A DNA stretch of 35,516 nucleotides from Nautiliaceae bacterium (GTDB lineage Bacteria; Campylobacterota; Campylobacteria; Campylobacterales; Nautiliaceae), in assembly GCA_039831155.1 (NCBI GenBank), contig JBDONT010000038.1:1-35516 (forward strand), in the 5' to 3' direction. The notes under the pieces were generated by a model that did not search any database, had not been told where the DNA came from, and worked only from the letters and a program-made list of their open reading frames with translations. The position numbers were made by a program, and so were the translations under genes. This document shows, piece after piece, positions 19,522-29,687 of the stretch (its first letter is position 1; every line of letters starts with the position of its first letter).

Positions 19522-20378
19522 GGGTAGTAAAATATGAAGATATTGTAAAATCAATTAAAGATATGATTATCTACTCAACTACTCACTTGGCTCCCGATAT
19601 GCTTGAAGCTTTAAAAAAAGCTTATGAAGAAGAAAAAAGTGAAGTAAGTCGTGCAGTGCTTAAACAACTTCTTGAGAATGCCGAAATAGCTGAAAAAGAG
19701 TGGAAGCCTTTATGTCAAGATACAGGTCTTGCGATTTATTTCGTAAAAGTTGGAGAAGATGTAAAGGTTGAGGGTGGAACTCTTAAAGAAGCAATTTATG
19801 AAGGTACAAGATTAGGATATGAAGGAGGATATCTTAGAGCCAGTACTTGTGACTGTTTTACAAGGTCTAATCTTAAAGAAAAAATAGGATACAATCTTCC
19901 ACCGATTATCTATTTTGATATAGTGCCTGGAGATAAGATTGAAATCGAATATGCGGCTAAAGGTGGGGGAAGTGAAAACGTTTCTCGTGCTACTGTTCTT
20001 GCTCCGGCTCAAGGAAAAGCGGGTATTAAAGAGTTCGTAAAAAAAGTTGTAAGTGACGCAGGTCCTAACCCTTGTCCACCGCTTGTTGTAGGAGTTGGAA
20101 TCGGAGGAAGCTTCGATATGGCGGCGGTTATGAGTAAACACGCTCTTTTTAGAAGTATAGGCACAGAAAATCCGGACCCGGAAATGGCTGAATTTGAAAA
20201 AGAACTTAAAGAAGAACTTAATAAACTTGGAATCGGTGCTATGGGTATGGGTGGTACTCAAACAGTACTTGCCGTGCATATTGAAACATATGAGGGAAGA
20301 ATGTGTCATATTGCATCACTTCCGGTAGCTGTTAATATTCAATGTCATAGTTCTAGACATTCTCATATAACTATTTAA
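19518..20378 (+). CDS. Fe-S fumarate hydratase, alpha subunit (two-subunit class I)
   Basis: PLCQDTG, KGGGSEN, NPCPP..VGVGIGG and HIASLPVAVNIQCH; TCA context. Confidence 0.88.
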   Translation: MRVVKYEDIVKSIKDMIIYSTTHLAPDMLEALKKAYEEEKSEVSRAVLKQLLENAEIAEKEWKPLCQDTGLAIYFVKVGEDVKVEGGTLKEAIYEGTRLGYEGGYLRASTCDCFTRSNLKEKIGYNLPPIIYFDIVPGDKIEIEYAAKGGGSENVSRATVLAPAQGKAGIKEFVKKVVSDAGPNPCPPLVVGVGIGGSFDMAAVMSKHALFRSIGTENPDPEMAEFEKELKEELNKLGIGAMGMGGTQTVLAVHIETYEGRMCHIASLPVAVNIQCHSSRHSHITI

Positions 20379-20387
20379 GGAGAAAAA

Positions 20388-20942
20388 ATGGCAGAATATA
20401 AATTAAAAACCCCACTTACTGATGAAGATGTTGAAAAATTAAGAGCAGGGGATATTGTATATTTAACAGGTGTAATTTATACTGCAAGAGACGCAGCGCA
20501 TAAAAGACTTGTTGATTTAATCGAAAAAGGTGAGGAACTTCCTTTTGATTTAAAAGGTAGTGTAATTTATTTCGTAGGACCTACTCCTCCAAAACCGGGA
20601 GACCCTATTGGAAGTGCCGGTCCTACTACAAGTTATAGAATGGATAGTTATTCTCCTATTCTTATAAAACACGGTCAAAAAGGTATGATTGGTAAAGGTA
20701 AAAGAAACGAAGCGGTAAAAGAAGCTTGTAAAAAATATAAAGCCGTATATTTCGGAGCGACGGGTGGAGCTGGTGCACTTCTTGCCCAAAGAATTAAAAA
20801 AGCGGAAGTTATCGCTTATCCGGAACTTGGACCGGAAGCTATTAGAAGACTTGAAGTGGAAGAATTTCCGGTAGTTGTAGTAAACGACTGTTATGGAAAC
20901 GATTTATACGAACAGGGTAGAAAAGAGTGGGAATCAAAATAG
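20388..20942 (+). CDS. Fe-S fumarate hydratase, beta subunit
   Basis: YTARDAAHKR, GPTTSYRM, MIGKG and LGPEAI. Confidence 0.88.
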   Translation: MAEYKLKTPLTDEDVEKLRAGDIVYLTGVIYTARDAAHKRLVDLIEKGEELPFDLKGSVIYFVGPTPPKPGDPIGSAGPTTSYRMDSYSPILIKHGQKGMIGKGKRNEAVKEACKKYKAVYFGATGGAGALLAQRIKKAEVIAYPELGPEAIRRLEVEEFPVVVVNDCYGNDLYEQGRKEWESK

Positions 20943-21060
20943 TTTCGAAAAGTAAAACTGTTTTGATATAAAAAACTTATAATTATCCAAACACTTCTAA
21001 AATATGATAAACTTTAATACTCAATTTTGGGAGTGTTATAAAAATTTAAAAGGAGAGTAA

Positions 21061-22233
21061 ATGAATATACATGAGTATCAAGCAAAAGAGATATTTAGAA
21101 AATACGGTGTGCCTACTCCTAGAGGTGGAGTTGCGTTTTCCGGACCGGAAGCTAGAAAAGTAGCTGAAAGTTTAGGTGGAAATCTTTGGGTTGTAAAAGC
21201 TCAAATTCACGCAGGTGGTAGAGGTAAAGCAGGTGGTGTTAAACTTGCAAAAAGTCTTGAAGAAGTAGAAAAAATAGCGGAAGAAATGCTTGGAATGACT
21301 CTTGTAACTCACCAAACAGGACCGGAAGGTAAAGTAGTAAAAAAAGTTTATATTGAAGAGGGTGCTGATATTAAAGATGAGTTTTATCTTGGTATGGTAC
21401 TTGATAGAGCTCTTGAAATGCCGGTAATGATGGCAAGTACTGAAGGTGGTATGGAAATTGAAGAAGTTGCAGCTAAAACTCCTGAAAAAATTATTAAAGT
21501 TGCAATTGACCCGGCAATAGGATTCCAACCGTTTCACGCCAGAAAACTTGCGTTCGGACTTGGACTTTCAAAAGAAGAACAAAAAGAATTTATAAAATTT
21601 GCAACTGCTTTATATAACGTATATATGGATAATGATGCAGAAATGATTGAAATTAATCCTCTTATTAAAACTGGTGACGGAAAATTCCTTGCACTTGACG
21701 CAAAAATGGGATTTGACGATAATGCACTTTACAAACATCCTGAAATCGCTGAAATGAGAGATTTAGACGAAGAAGAACCAACTGAAGTTGAAGCTAAAAA
21801 ATACGGCTTAAGCTACATTAAACTTGACGGAAACGTCGGATGTATGGTTAACGGAGCCGGACTTGCTATGGCTACAATGGATATTATTAAACACGAAGGT
21901 GGAGAACCGGCTAACTTCTTAGACGTTGGTGGTGGAGCAAATCCGGATACTGTTGCTAAAGGTTTCGAAATTATTTTAAGTGACCCTAACGTTAAATCAA
22001 TTTTTGTAAATATTTTCGGTGGAATCGTAAGATGTGACAGAATTGCAAACGGTATTTTACAAGCTACTGAAAAAGTAGAAGTAAACGTTCCTGTAATCGT
22101 AAGACTTGACGGAACGAACGCAGAGGAAGCTGCAGAAATTTTAAGAAATGCGAATATTAAAAATATTATTCCTGCTGAAAATTTAAAAGATGGTGCTAAA
22201 AAAGCTGTTGCAGCTGCGAAAGGAGAGTTATAA
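21061..22233 (+). CDS. sucC: Succinyl-CoA synthetase beta subunit
   Basis: [35 protein letters not shown] and [10 protein letters not shown]. Confidence 0.96.
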   Translation: MNIHEYQAKEIFRKYGVPTPRGGVAFSGPEARKVAESLGGNLWVVKAQIHAGGRGKAGGVKLAKSLEEVEKIAEEMLGMTLVTHQTGPEGKVVKKVYIEEGADIKDEFYLGMVLDRALEMPVMMASTEGGMEIEEVAAKTPEKIIKVAIDPAIGFQPFHARKLAFGLGLSKEEQKEFIKFATALYNVYMDNDAEMIEINPLIKTGDGKFLALDAKMGFDDNALYKHPEIAEMRDLDEEEPTEVEAKKYGLSYIKLDGNVGCMVNGAGLAMATMDIIKHEGGEPANFLDVGGGANPDTVAKGFEIILSDPNVKSIFVNIFGGIVRCDRIANGILQATEKVEVNVPVIVRLDGTNAEEAAEILRNANIKNIIPAENLKDGAKKAVAAAKGEL

Positions 22234-23114
22234 TGAGTATTTTAGTAAATAAAGATACAAAAGTAATAGTTCAAGGGTTTACTGGTAAAGAAGGTACTTT
22301 CCACGCTGAACAATGTATGGCTTACGGTACTAATATTGTAGGTGGGGTTACTCCGAATAAAGGTGGAATGACTCATCTTGGCAAACCGGTATTTAATACA
22401 GTTGAAGATGCGGTAAAAGCTACAGGGGCGACTGTTAGTATGATTTTCGTACCTCCTGCATTTGTTGCGGATGCCGTAATGGAAGCTGCGGATGCCGGAA
22501 TTGAACTTGCCGTAATTATTACCGAAGGTGCTCCGGTTAAAGATATGATGTATGCTAAACATTACGCACAAAAAAAAGGTATGAATACAATCGGACCAAA
22601 TTGTCCCGGAATTATTACTGCTGAAGAGTGTAAAATCGGTATTATGCCAGGAAACATCTTCAAAAAAGGAAACGTTGGGCTTATTTCTAAATCTGGTACA
22701 TTAACTTACGAAGCAAGTAACCAGGTAGTAAAAGAAGGGTTCGGTATCACTACTGCAGTTGGTATTGGTGGTGACCCAATTATCGGTCTAAGTTATAAAC
22801 AACTTCTTCCAATGTTTGAAGCGGACCCGGAAACCGAAGCAATCGTTATGATTGGTGAAATCGGTGGGGATCTTGAAATTCAAGCTGCAAAACTTATAAA
22901 AGAACAAATTACAAAACCTGTTATTGCATTTATTGCAGGTCAAACAGCTCCAAAAGGTAAAAGAATGGGGCATGCAGGTGCTATTATTAGTGGAAGTAAA
23001 GGTACTGCAGCTGAAAAAATGGCTGCACTTAGAGAAGCGGGAGTTTATGTAGTTGAATCGCCGGCTGATATTGGGATTACTGTTGCTAAAGCGTTAGCTG
23101 AAAAAAACAAATAA
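22233..23114 (+). CDS. sucD: Succinyl-CoA synthetase alpha subunit
   Basis: [27 protein letters not shown] and RMGHAGA (phospho-His). Confidence 0.96.
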   Translation: MSILVNKDTKVIVQGFTGKEGTFHAEQCMAYGTNIVGGVTPNKGGMTHLGKPVFNTVEDAVKATGATVSMIFVPPAFVADAVMEAADAGIELAVIITEGAPVKDMMYAKHYAQKKGMNTIGPNCPGIITAEECKIGIMPGNIFKKGNVGLISKSGTLTYEASNQVVKEGFGITTAVGIGGDPIIGLSYKQLLPMFEADPETEAIVMIGEIGGDLEIQAAKLIKEQITKPVIAFIAGQTAPKGKRMGHAGAIISGSKGTAAEKMAALREAGVYVVESPADIGITVAKALAEKNK

Positions 23115-23122
23115 CATTATCT

Positions 23123-23143
23123 TCCCCTTTTTGAGGGGATTTT
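23123..23143 (+). terminator. Intrinsic terminator after sucD
   Basis: TCCCCT-loop-AGGGGA followed by TTTT. Confidence 0.6.
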
Positions 23144-23158
23144 AAGTAAGGGTTTAAT

Positions 23159-24838
23159 ATGAAACTTAAAGTAAAAATGTTACTTACGGTTTTGATAGCT
23201 GTTTTTCTTACTGCATTTTCTCTTAGTCTTACTTTGGTGTTTGATTTACAAAAATTAGGTGATTATATTCATAAAAGTTTTAAGAGTGCTTTAACTGCCG
23301 ATATTCGAAACGAATTGAAAAGTAATGTTGAAATGGCGACAAATGTTGCAAAAAGTGTCTATTCGTTAACTCACAGTAAAAAAGACGTTATTAAAGTATT
23401 AAGTTCTATGAGATACGGTAAAAATAAAAACGGATATTTTTTTGCTTATACCTGGGATAATAATAAAAATTATTATTTTGCATTTCATGGGGTAAAATCT
23501 AAATTAAACGGTAAAAAAACGAATATTGATAAGCCGGATATAAAAGGCAATATATTTAGAAAAGAACTTATTCAAAAAGGATTAGAGGGAGGAGGATTTG
23601 TTAATTATTTCTATAAAAAACCTTCGACCGAAAAAATAGTTCCTAAACTTGCTTATTCAAAATATATGCCGGAACTTAATTGGGTAATAGTAACCGGTGC
23701 TTATTTAGATGATATTAATCAAAAAATTGTTAATGTAGATAAAAGAATTAAGGAGGCTATAAAAGTTATATTGGTTCATAATTTAGTGCTTAGTATTTTG
23801 ATTTTGTTTATTTCTTTAAGTATTGCATACTATATAATAGTTAAATTTATAGTTAATCCTATAGAAAAACTAAAAAATACGGTAAATGAGATAATAACTA
23901 CTAAAGATTTTACTAAAAAAATAGAGATAAAAACAAATGATGAAATTAGCGAAATTTCTAGAGGTATTAATAGATTAATTGAAAACATGGAAGATGTTTT
24001 AAGAGAATTTAACAATATTTCTTCGAATATTTCAAATTCCGTTGCTCTTGTGATAAGAGAGAGCGATATTATAAAGGAATTTACGACTCAAACTACGAAA
24101 TTAATCGATGAGTCCGCAGAGCTTATAGATTCCGTTACTAATAAATTGAATACTAATATTAGCGAATTTGAAAATGTAGAAAGAGATATCAAAGATATTT
24201 CAAACGAAGTTGGTGTTATTAATAACAATATAGCTAAACTTACTCAAAAAGTAGAAGTTACAAATCAGCAGGAAAATGAAATTTCTACCGGTATGCTTAG
24301 TTTAAACAGTAAAATGGATGATATTAAAAATATTCTTGTAACTATTAATGAAATAGCGGACCAGACGAATTTACTTGCGTTAAATGCGGCTATTGAAGCA
24401 GCAAGAGCCGGAGAGCATGGTCGTGGCTTTGCCGTAGTTGCAGATGAAGTAAGAAAACTTGCTGAAAGAACTCAAAAAAGTTTAAATGAGATTAAAACGA
24501 CTATTGAGCTTTTAACTCAATCGGTTGCGAATTTTGCTTCTATGATGGAAAGTAATGTTGAGAATTTTAGGGAAATAGAAAATATGGTAATGGAAATAAA
24601 AACAAAAAGTGATGAAATTTTCCTGAAAACTCAACATATTTATAAAACATCTGAAGAGACAATTAAAGAAACTTTTGAAATAGAGCAAGAAATAGAAAGT
24701 GTTGATAAACTTATGAAAAATGTTGATGAAAAAGCAAAAGATAATATTCGTATAGTTGATAAAATTAGTTCTTTGGTTAAAGGTTTTGAGAATAGTATTT
24801 TAAGCTTAACGAATAAGATTAAAGAATTTAAATTTTAG
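23159..24838 (+). CDS. Methyl-accepting chemotaxis protein with single Cache (sCache_2-like) sensor domain
   Basis: TM1, RYG..GYFF...GGGFV.Y...KP.....PKL.Y......W...TG.Y.DDI, TM2, HAMP and [40 protein letters not shown]. Confidence 0.93.
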   Translation: MKLKVKMLLTVLIAVFLTAFSLSLTLVFDLQKLGDYIHKSFKSALTADIRNELKSNVEMATNVAKSVYSLTHSKKDVIKVLSSMRYGKNKNGYFFAYTWDNNKNYYFAFHGVKSKLNGKKTNIDKPDIKGNIFRKELIQKGLEGGGFVNYFYKKPSTEKIVPKLAYSKYMPELNWVIVTGAYLDDINQKIVNVDKRIKEAIKVILVHNLVLSILILFISLSIAYYIIVKFIVNPIEKLKNTVNEIITTKDFTKKIEIKTNDEISEISRGINRLIENMEDVLREFNNISSNISNSVALVIRESDIIKEFTTQTTKLIDESAELIDSVTNKLNTNISEFENVERDIKDISNEVGVINNNIAKLTQKVEVTNQQENEISTGMLSLNSKMDDIKNILVTINEIADQTNLLALNAAIEAARAGEHGRGFAVVADEVRKLAERTQKSLNEIKTTIELLTQSVANFASMMESNVENFREIENMVMEIKTKSDEIFLKTQHIYKTSEETIKETFEIEQEIESVDKLMKNVDEKAKDNIRIVDKISSLVKGFENSILSLTNKIKEFKF

Positions 24839-24909
24839 TTTACCAAAAGTAACAAATTATTCGTTTATTTTTTATAGGTTTCTTTTTTCTTTTATAACTA
24901 TTTCATTTT

Positions 24910-24918
24910 TGATATTAT
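24910..24918 (+). promoter_or_regulatory. Extended -10 promoter for oorDABC
   Basis: TGATATTAT about 35 bp upstream of oorD, flanked by GTTWC-N5-GWAAC-like sites at 24839-24853 and 24921-24935. Confidence 0.5.
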
Positions 24919-24950
24919 ATATTACGTAAAGAAACGCAAAAGGAGTTTAA

Positions 24951-25250
24951 ATGGCACTAAATGTTGATTTTAAAATACCGGCACCGGAAAATACACCGGT
25001 ATGGGTTGATGAAAGTAAGTGTAAAAGTTGTGAATTATGCGTGGATTTTTGTCCGACGGGTGTTCTTGAAATGGTACCGGATCCTCATAATATTTTAGGA
25101 CAAATGGTAAAAGTATCTCATCCGGAATATTGTATCGGATGTAAAGAGTGTGAACTTGAATGTCCGGATTTTTGTATTTTTGTAGCCGAAAGGGATGAAT
25201 ATAAATTTAAAAAACTTAATGAAGTTAAAAAGTTAAAAGGAGAAGCGTAA
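24951..25250 (+). CDS. oorD: 2-oxoglutarate:acceptor oxidoreductase ferredoxin subunit
   Basis: Two CxxCxxCxxxCP 4Fe-4S motifs; ENTPVWVDE..CK typical of OorD. Confidence 0.9.
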   Translation: MALNVDFKIPAPENTPVWVDESKCKSCELCVDFCPTGVLEMVPDPHNILGQMVKVSHPEYCIGCKECELECPDFCIFVAERDEYKFKKLNEVKKLKGEA

Positions 25251-26389
25251 TGCCTAGAGAAATAGTAAGTACGGGAAATCAACTGGCAGCACTTGCGGCA
25301 ATTGATGCCGGTTGTAGATTTTTCGGTGGATATCCTATTACTCCGTCAAGTGAAATTGCTCATGAAATGAGTAAACTTTTACCTAAAGTAGGCGGTCAAT
25401 TTATTCAAATGGAAGATGAAATTGCGGGTATTTCAGTTGCACTTGGTGCTAGTATGAGCGGTGTTAAATCAATGACAAATACATCAGGACCTGGTATTTC
25501 TCTTAAATCGGAACAAATAGGACTTGCTTTTATGGCCGAAATACCTCTTGTAATTACAAACGTAATGAGAGGTGGACCGTCAACCGGACTTCCGACAAGA
25601 CCACAACAAGGCGATATTCTTCAAGCACTTGCTCCGACGCACGGGGATTATCAGTCAATTACATTATGTGCCGGAAGTCTTGAAGAGTGTTATACGGAAA
25701 CAGTTAGAGCATTTAACTTAGCTGAAAGATTTATGACACCGGTATTTGTGTTACTTGACGAAACACTTGGACATATGGTTGGTAAAGCGGTTCTTCCGGA
25801 GAAAGAAGAAGTTGAAAAAAATATAGTAAACAGAAGAGTTTTTGAAGGTGATCCAAAAGATTACAGACCTTATGATGTTCCTCAAGATGAACCGGCTATC
25901 TTAAACCCATTCTTTAAAGGGTACAGATATCATATTACGGGACTTCATCACGGACCGACAGGATTCCCTACAGAAGACGCTAAAATGTGTCAAGATTTAA
26001 TTGACAGACTATTTAATAAAATTTTAGCTCACAAAGATGAAATTGAAAGTTATGAAGAATTTATGCTTGATGATGCCGATATTGCTGTAATTGCATACGG
26101 AAGTGTGGCTTTAGCGGTAAAAGAAGCTATTAAACAACTTAGAGAAGAGGGTATTAAAGTGGGGTTATTCAGACCAATTACGCTTTGGCCATCTCCGGAA
26201 GAAAAAATTGCGGAAGTTTGTAAAAAATTCGATAAAGTACTTGTAACTGAAATGAATAAAGGTCAATATATTAAAGAAATTGAAAGAGTAAGTGGAAGAA
26301 GAGATTTAGATACGTTATTTAAAGCAAACGGTAGACCTATAAGCCCGGCGGAAATAAAAGCTAAACTTAAAGAAATGGCAGCAAAATAA
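25250..26389 (+). CDS. oorA: 2-oxoglutarate:acceptor oxidoreductase alpha subunit
   Basis: GYPITPSSE, QMEDEI, TSGPG and RGGPSTGLPT. Confidence 0.93.
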   Translation: MPREIVSTGNQLAALAAIDAGCRFFGGYPITPSSEIAHEMSKLLPKVGGQFIQMEDEIAGISVALGASMSGVKSMTNTSGPGISLKSEQIGLAFMAEIPLVITNVMRGGPSTGLPTRPQQGDILQALAPTHGDYQSITLCAGSLEECYTETVRAFNLAERFMTPVFVLLDETLGHMVGKAVLPEKEEVEKNIVNRRVFEGDPKDYRPYDVPQDEPAILNPFFKGYRYHITGLHHGPTGFPTEDAKMCQDLIDRLFNKILAHKDEIESYEEFMLDDADIAVIAYGSVALAVKEAIKQLREEGIKVGLFRPITLWPSPEEKIAEVCKKFDKVLVTEMNKGQYIKEIERVSGRRDLDTLFKANGRPISPAEIKAKLKEMAAK

Positions 26390-26405
26390 TTTATAAGGAG
26401 TAAAA

Positions 26406-27239
26406 ATGGCATTTAATTATGATTATTATTTAAGAACAGATAAAATGCCGACACTATGGTGTTGGGGATGTGGTGACGGTATTATTATGAAAGCTATGAT
26501 TAGAGCTTTTGCAAAACTAGGATGGGATAAAAATGATATCTGTATAGTATCGGGAATCGGATGTTCGGGAAGATTTTCAAGTTATATCGACGCAAATACT
26601 GTTCATACAACTCACGGAAGAACAGTAGCGTATGCAACTGGTATTAAACTTGCAAATCCGGATAAACACGTAATCGTTGTTGCAGGTGACGGTGACGGGC
26701 TTGCAATCGGTGGTAACCATACAATTCACGGATGTAGAAGAAATATTGACCTAAACTTCGTATTAATCAATAACTTCATCTACGGTCTTACAAACAGCCA
26801 GGTTTCACCTACTACTCCAAAAGGTGCATGGTCTGTAACAACTCAGTACGGAAACATTGACCCGACTTTTGACCCGGCGGAACTTGCTAAAGGTGCAGGT
26901 GCTACATTTATCGGAAGAGAAAGCGTTGCAGAAGCTCAAAAACTTGAAAGACTATTTGTAAAAGGTTTTCAACATAAAGGATTCAGTTTCTTTGATATTC
27001 ATTCAAACTGCCACGTAAACTTCGGTAGAAAAAATAAATTAGCCCAGGCTAAACAAAATATGGATTGGATTGAAAGTAACTTAATTCCTAAAAACAAATG
27101 GGATAAACTAAGCCCTGAAGAACAATACGAACTTAGAAAACAAGGTAAATTCCCAAGAGGAATTCTACATCACGTAGAAGAACCGGAATACTGCGAAGAA
27201 TACTATAAACTAATCGACAGAGTAAGGGGCAACCAATGA
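26406..27239 (+). CDS. oorB: 2-oxoglutarate:acceptor oxidoreductase beta subunit
   Basis: PTLWCWGCGDG, SGIGCS and GDGD...IGGNH...N..YG TPP-binding motif. Confidence 0.93.
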   Translation: MAFNYDYYLRTDKMPTLWCWGCGDGIIMKAMIRAFAKLGWDKNDICIVSGIGCSGRFSSYIDANTVHTTHGRTVAYATGIKLANPDKHVIVVAGDGDGLAIGGNHTIHGCRRNIDLNFVLINNFIYGLTNSQVSPTTPKGAWSVTTQYGNIDPTFDPAELAKGAGATFIGRESVAEAQKLERLFVKGFQHKGFSFFDIHSNCHVNFGRKNKLAQAKQNMDWIESNLIPKNKWDKLSPEEQYELRKQGKFPRGILHHVEEPEYCEEYYKLIDRVRGNQ

Positions 27240-27793
27240 GAAAACAACTAAGATTTACAGGGGTTGGAGGACAAGGTGTCCTTCTTGCCGGTGAAATTTT
27301 AGCAAGAGCTTATGTAAAAGCCGGTAAATACGGAGTTCAGGTAGGTACATATACATCTCAAGTTAGGGGTGGTCCTACTAAAGTTGACATTATATTAGAT
27401 GATGAACCGATTCTTTATCCTTATGCAGTGGATGGTGAGATTGATTTTATGCTTTCAGTTGCAGATAAATCTTATCAATTGTTCAAAGATGGTGTAAAAG
27501 ACGGTGGAATTATTGTGTATGAACCAAACTTAGTATATCCTACTGAAGAGGATAAAAAAAGATGGGATATGTATCCGATTGAAGTAATTACAATTGCAAA
27601 AGAAAAAGTAGGTAACGTAATTACTCAATCAGTTGTAGCACTTGCAATCGCTACAAGAATGAATAATCTTGATAAAGATCTTGTATTCCAAGCTATGATA
27701 GAAACAGTTCCGGCTAAAGCTGTTGAAGTTAACAAAAAAGCGTTTGAGTTTGGATATCAAGCGGCAGAAGAAGCTTTAAAAACTAAAGCTTAA
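27236..27793 (+). CDS. oorC: 2-oxoglutarate:acceptor oxidoreductase gamma subunit
   Basis: RFTGVGGQG and YTSQVRGG. Confidence 0.93.
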   Translation: MRKQLRFTGVGGQGVLLAGEILARAYVKAGKYGVQVGTYTSQVRGGPTKVDIILDDEPILYPYAVDGEIDFMLSVADKSYQLFKDGVKDGGIIVYEPNLVYPTEEDKKRWDMYPIEVITIAKEKVGNVITQSVVALAIATRMNNLDKDLVFQAMIETVPAKAVEVNKKAFEFGYQAAEEALKTKA

Positions 27794-27806
27794 TTTCTGC
27801 TTTTTT
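27764..27806 (+). terminator. Probable terminator overlapping the oorC 3' end
   Basis: GCAGAA-G-AAGCTTTA...TAAAGCTT-AAT-TTCTGC stem followed by T6. Confidence 0.5.
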
Positions 27807-27894
27807 CTTTTTTGTCTTTTATTGTGTCTGTCACTTAAATGAGAAACTTTTGTGAAAGGTTATAAAACGGTTATAAAAGACAGAAAGGAAAAAG
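27801..27894. repeat. Imperfect 22-bp inverted repeat spanning the oorC/ferritin-like intergenic region
   Basis: 27801-27822 versus the reverse complement of 27873-27894 match at 19/22 positions; tandem GGTTATAAAA at 27858 and 27869. Confidence 0.55.
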
Positions 27895-28725
27895 TTATTT
27901 TCCTTTTACTGCATCAAGTGCTCTTTGAAGAAGTTCTGCGTGATACACTTCCTGGCGAGATATAAATAGTAAAAAGTTGCTAAGTTCTTCATTTCCTATT
28001 TTTTGAGCTAAAATTAAGCATTGCTTTTCTGCATCTATTTCTTCTTCAATGTTTTCTTTTAAGAATTCCACAATGGCTATATTTTGATATTTTTCTTTCG
28101 GAATAGGTCTAGGAAGAATTAATACTCCCATTTGACTGGCAAGTTCTGCAAATCTTCTTAGATGATAAATAGAATCATATGCTAAGTCCGTAAATGCTGA
28201 ATTTGCGTCAACTTCGTTTGAATGTACTTTTAAATAGCTGTAAATTGTAATAAGTTCATACTCTTTAAATGTCTCTTCCATTAAGAAAAATACCAGTGCT
28301 GCTTTTGATTCTTCCGTTAACTCAATACCCGGTAGGATTTTTGATTGATTAAATGCACTTATGTTTCCTTCTAAATCAAGCTTTCTTAATTGAGATAAGA
28401 AATATTCATCATCGTTTTCAAATCTATCTGTTGATGGGGTTTTAATTTCTTTATAAAGTTTTAAATTTTCTTCCAAATCGTTAATTAATACTTCAAGTAA
28501 CTCTTCTTCAGTTTGTTGTTCTATTTTTTTTATCTCTTCCACTTTAAAGTCCATATTAAATTCAACATTTTCTTTTACGGCATCTGCCATTGCCCATACT
28601 ATATGGCGATATTTGAATATTGCTATATCTTCAAGTAATCTTTTTGCTACTTGTTCTTTTACTATAACGCTTGCGTAAATAAATTTAATGAAACTTTCGT
28701 GCTGAAATCTGATTAATCTTTGCAT
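27895..28725 (-). CDS. Ferritin-like superfamily protein (tandem helical-bundle domains)
   Basis: Helical protein with E..H-type motifs (KEYELITIY...DSIYH; EEEIDAE...QEVYH) and an AAGGA RBS. Confidence 0.7.
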   Translation of the reverse strand: MQRLIRFQHESFIKFIYASVIVKEQVAKRLLEDIAIFKYRHIVWAMADAVKENVEFNMDFKVEEIKKIEQQTEEELLEVLINDLEENLKLYKEIKTPSTDRFENDDEYFLSQLRKLDLEGNISAFNQSKILPGIELTEESKAALVFFLMEETFKEYELITIYSYLKVHSNEVDANSAFTDLAYDSIYHLRRFAELASQMGVLILPRPIPKEKYQNIAIVEFLKENIEEEIDAEKQCLILAQKIGNEELSNFLLFISRQEVYHAELLQRALDAVKGK

Positions 28726-28784
28726 TTTTTATCCTTTTTTTGTTTTAGTATATCCAAATTTTAGTGTAAAAAAATTGATTTATA

Positions 28785-29687
28785 TCAACTTTTTCTTTTT
28801 AAGATATATTTTATCGCATTTTCATAACTTTTTGTGTTTGCTTTTCCTTGGTACGCTATGTCAAAAGCGGTTCCGTGGTCTACGGAAGTGCGTAAAATCG
28901 GTAAATTTAAGCTCACGTTTATACTCTCTTCAAAATATAAAGCTTTTAGAGGGGCTAATCCCTGGTCGTGATACATCGCTATAAACACACCTTTTTTTGC
29001 AGTAAATGCTATATCCGGTACCAAAGGACCGTAAAAGATTTGGCGATTTAAAATTTTGTTTGCTTGAATGATGGCCGGGGATATCTCTTTTATCTCTTCA
29101 TCTCCTAAAACTCCACCGTCGCCTGCGTGTGGATTTAAAGCCAAAACACCTATTTTTTCAAATTTTGTACTTTTATAAAAATCTAAGAAAAATTTTATGA
29201 GTTTTTCTTTTTTTATTTTACTTGGTACTTCTTTTAAGGGGATATGTTCGGTGTACAACGCTACATACATTTTTTCGCAGCCTAGCATCATAATAGCTTC
29301 TTTTTTAAAGATATCTCTTAATACTTCCGTATGGCCTTTGTATTTTATTCCTGCTTTATTCCAGGCTTCTTTGTTGATAGGAAGAGTTGTTATTGCGTCA
29401 ACTTTTTTGTTTTTTGCCAGATCTATGGCTTTTAAGAAACTTTTGTATGAATATTTTCCGGATTTTGCGTCAACTTTGCCAGGATTTATTTCAAAGTCCC
29501 CTTCAACTTCAACTGTTTGAAAATCATCGGGAATAGGTGTTTTTAGAAGTTTACTTGCTTTTTGAAGCATAGTTTTATTTATACAGTAAATAGGGGTTAT
29601 TTTTGTTTTAATTTTGTCGTGGGCTTTTAGGGCTATTTCAAATCCTATTCCGTTTAAATCTCCTATGCTTATTGCTACTTTTTTCAT
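28785..29687 (-). CDS. pdxA: 4-hydroxythreonine-4-phosphate dehydrogenase
   Basis: GD.NGIG.E, GHTE, HIPL, NPHAGD, MYHDQG and RTSVDHGTAFDIA. Confidence 0.95.
   Translation of the reverse strand: MKKVAISIGDLNGIGFEIALKAHDKIKTKITPIYCINKTMLQKASKLLKTPIPDDFQTVEVEGDFEINPGKVDAKSGKYSYKSFLKAIDLAKNKKVDAITTLPINKEAWNKAGIKYKGHTEVLRDIFKKEAIMMLGCEKMYVALYTEHIPLKEVPSKIKKEKLIKFFLDFYKSTKFEKIGVLALNPHAGDGGVLGDEEIKEISPAIIQANKILNRQIFYGPLVPDIAFTAKKGVFIAMYHDQGLAPLKALYFEESINVSLNLPILRTSVDHGTAFDIAYQGKANTKSYENAIKYILKRKS

Noticed and set aside
19518-20942. Tartrate dehydratase TtdAB as an alternative call
   Set aside because: Same family, but the position between mdh and sucC favours fumarase; not biochemically excluded.
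27858-27878. GTTTTATAACC (minus strand) and GTTTAGTCC near 30571 resemble CRISPR repeat starts
   Set aside because: No repeat-spacer periodicity and no cas genes in the window.
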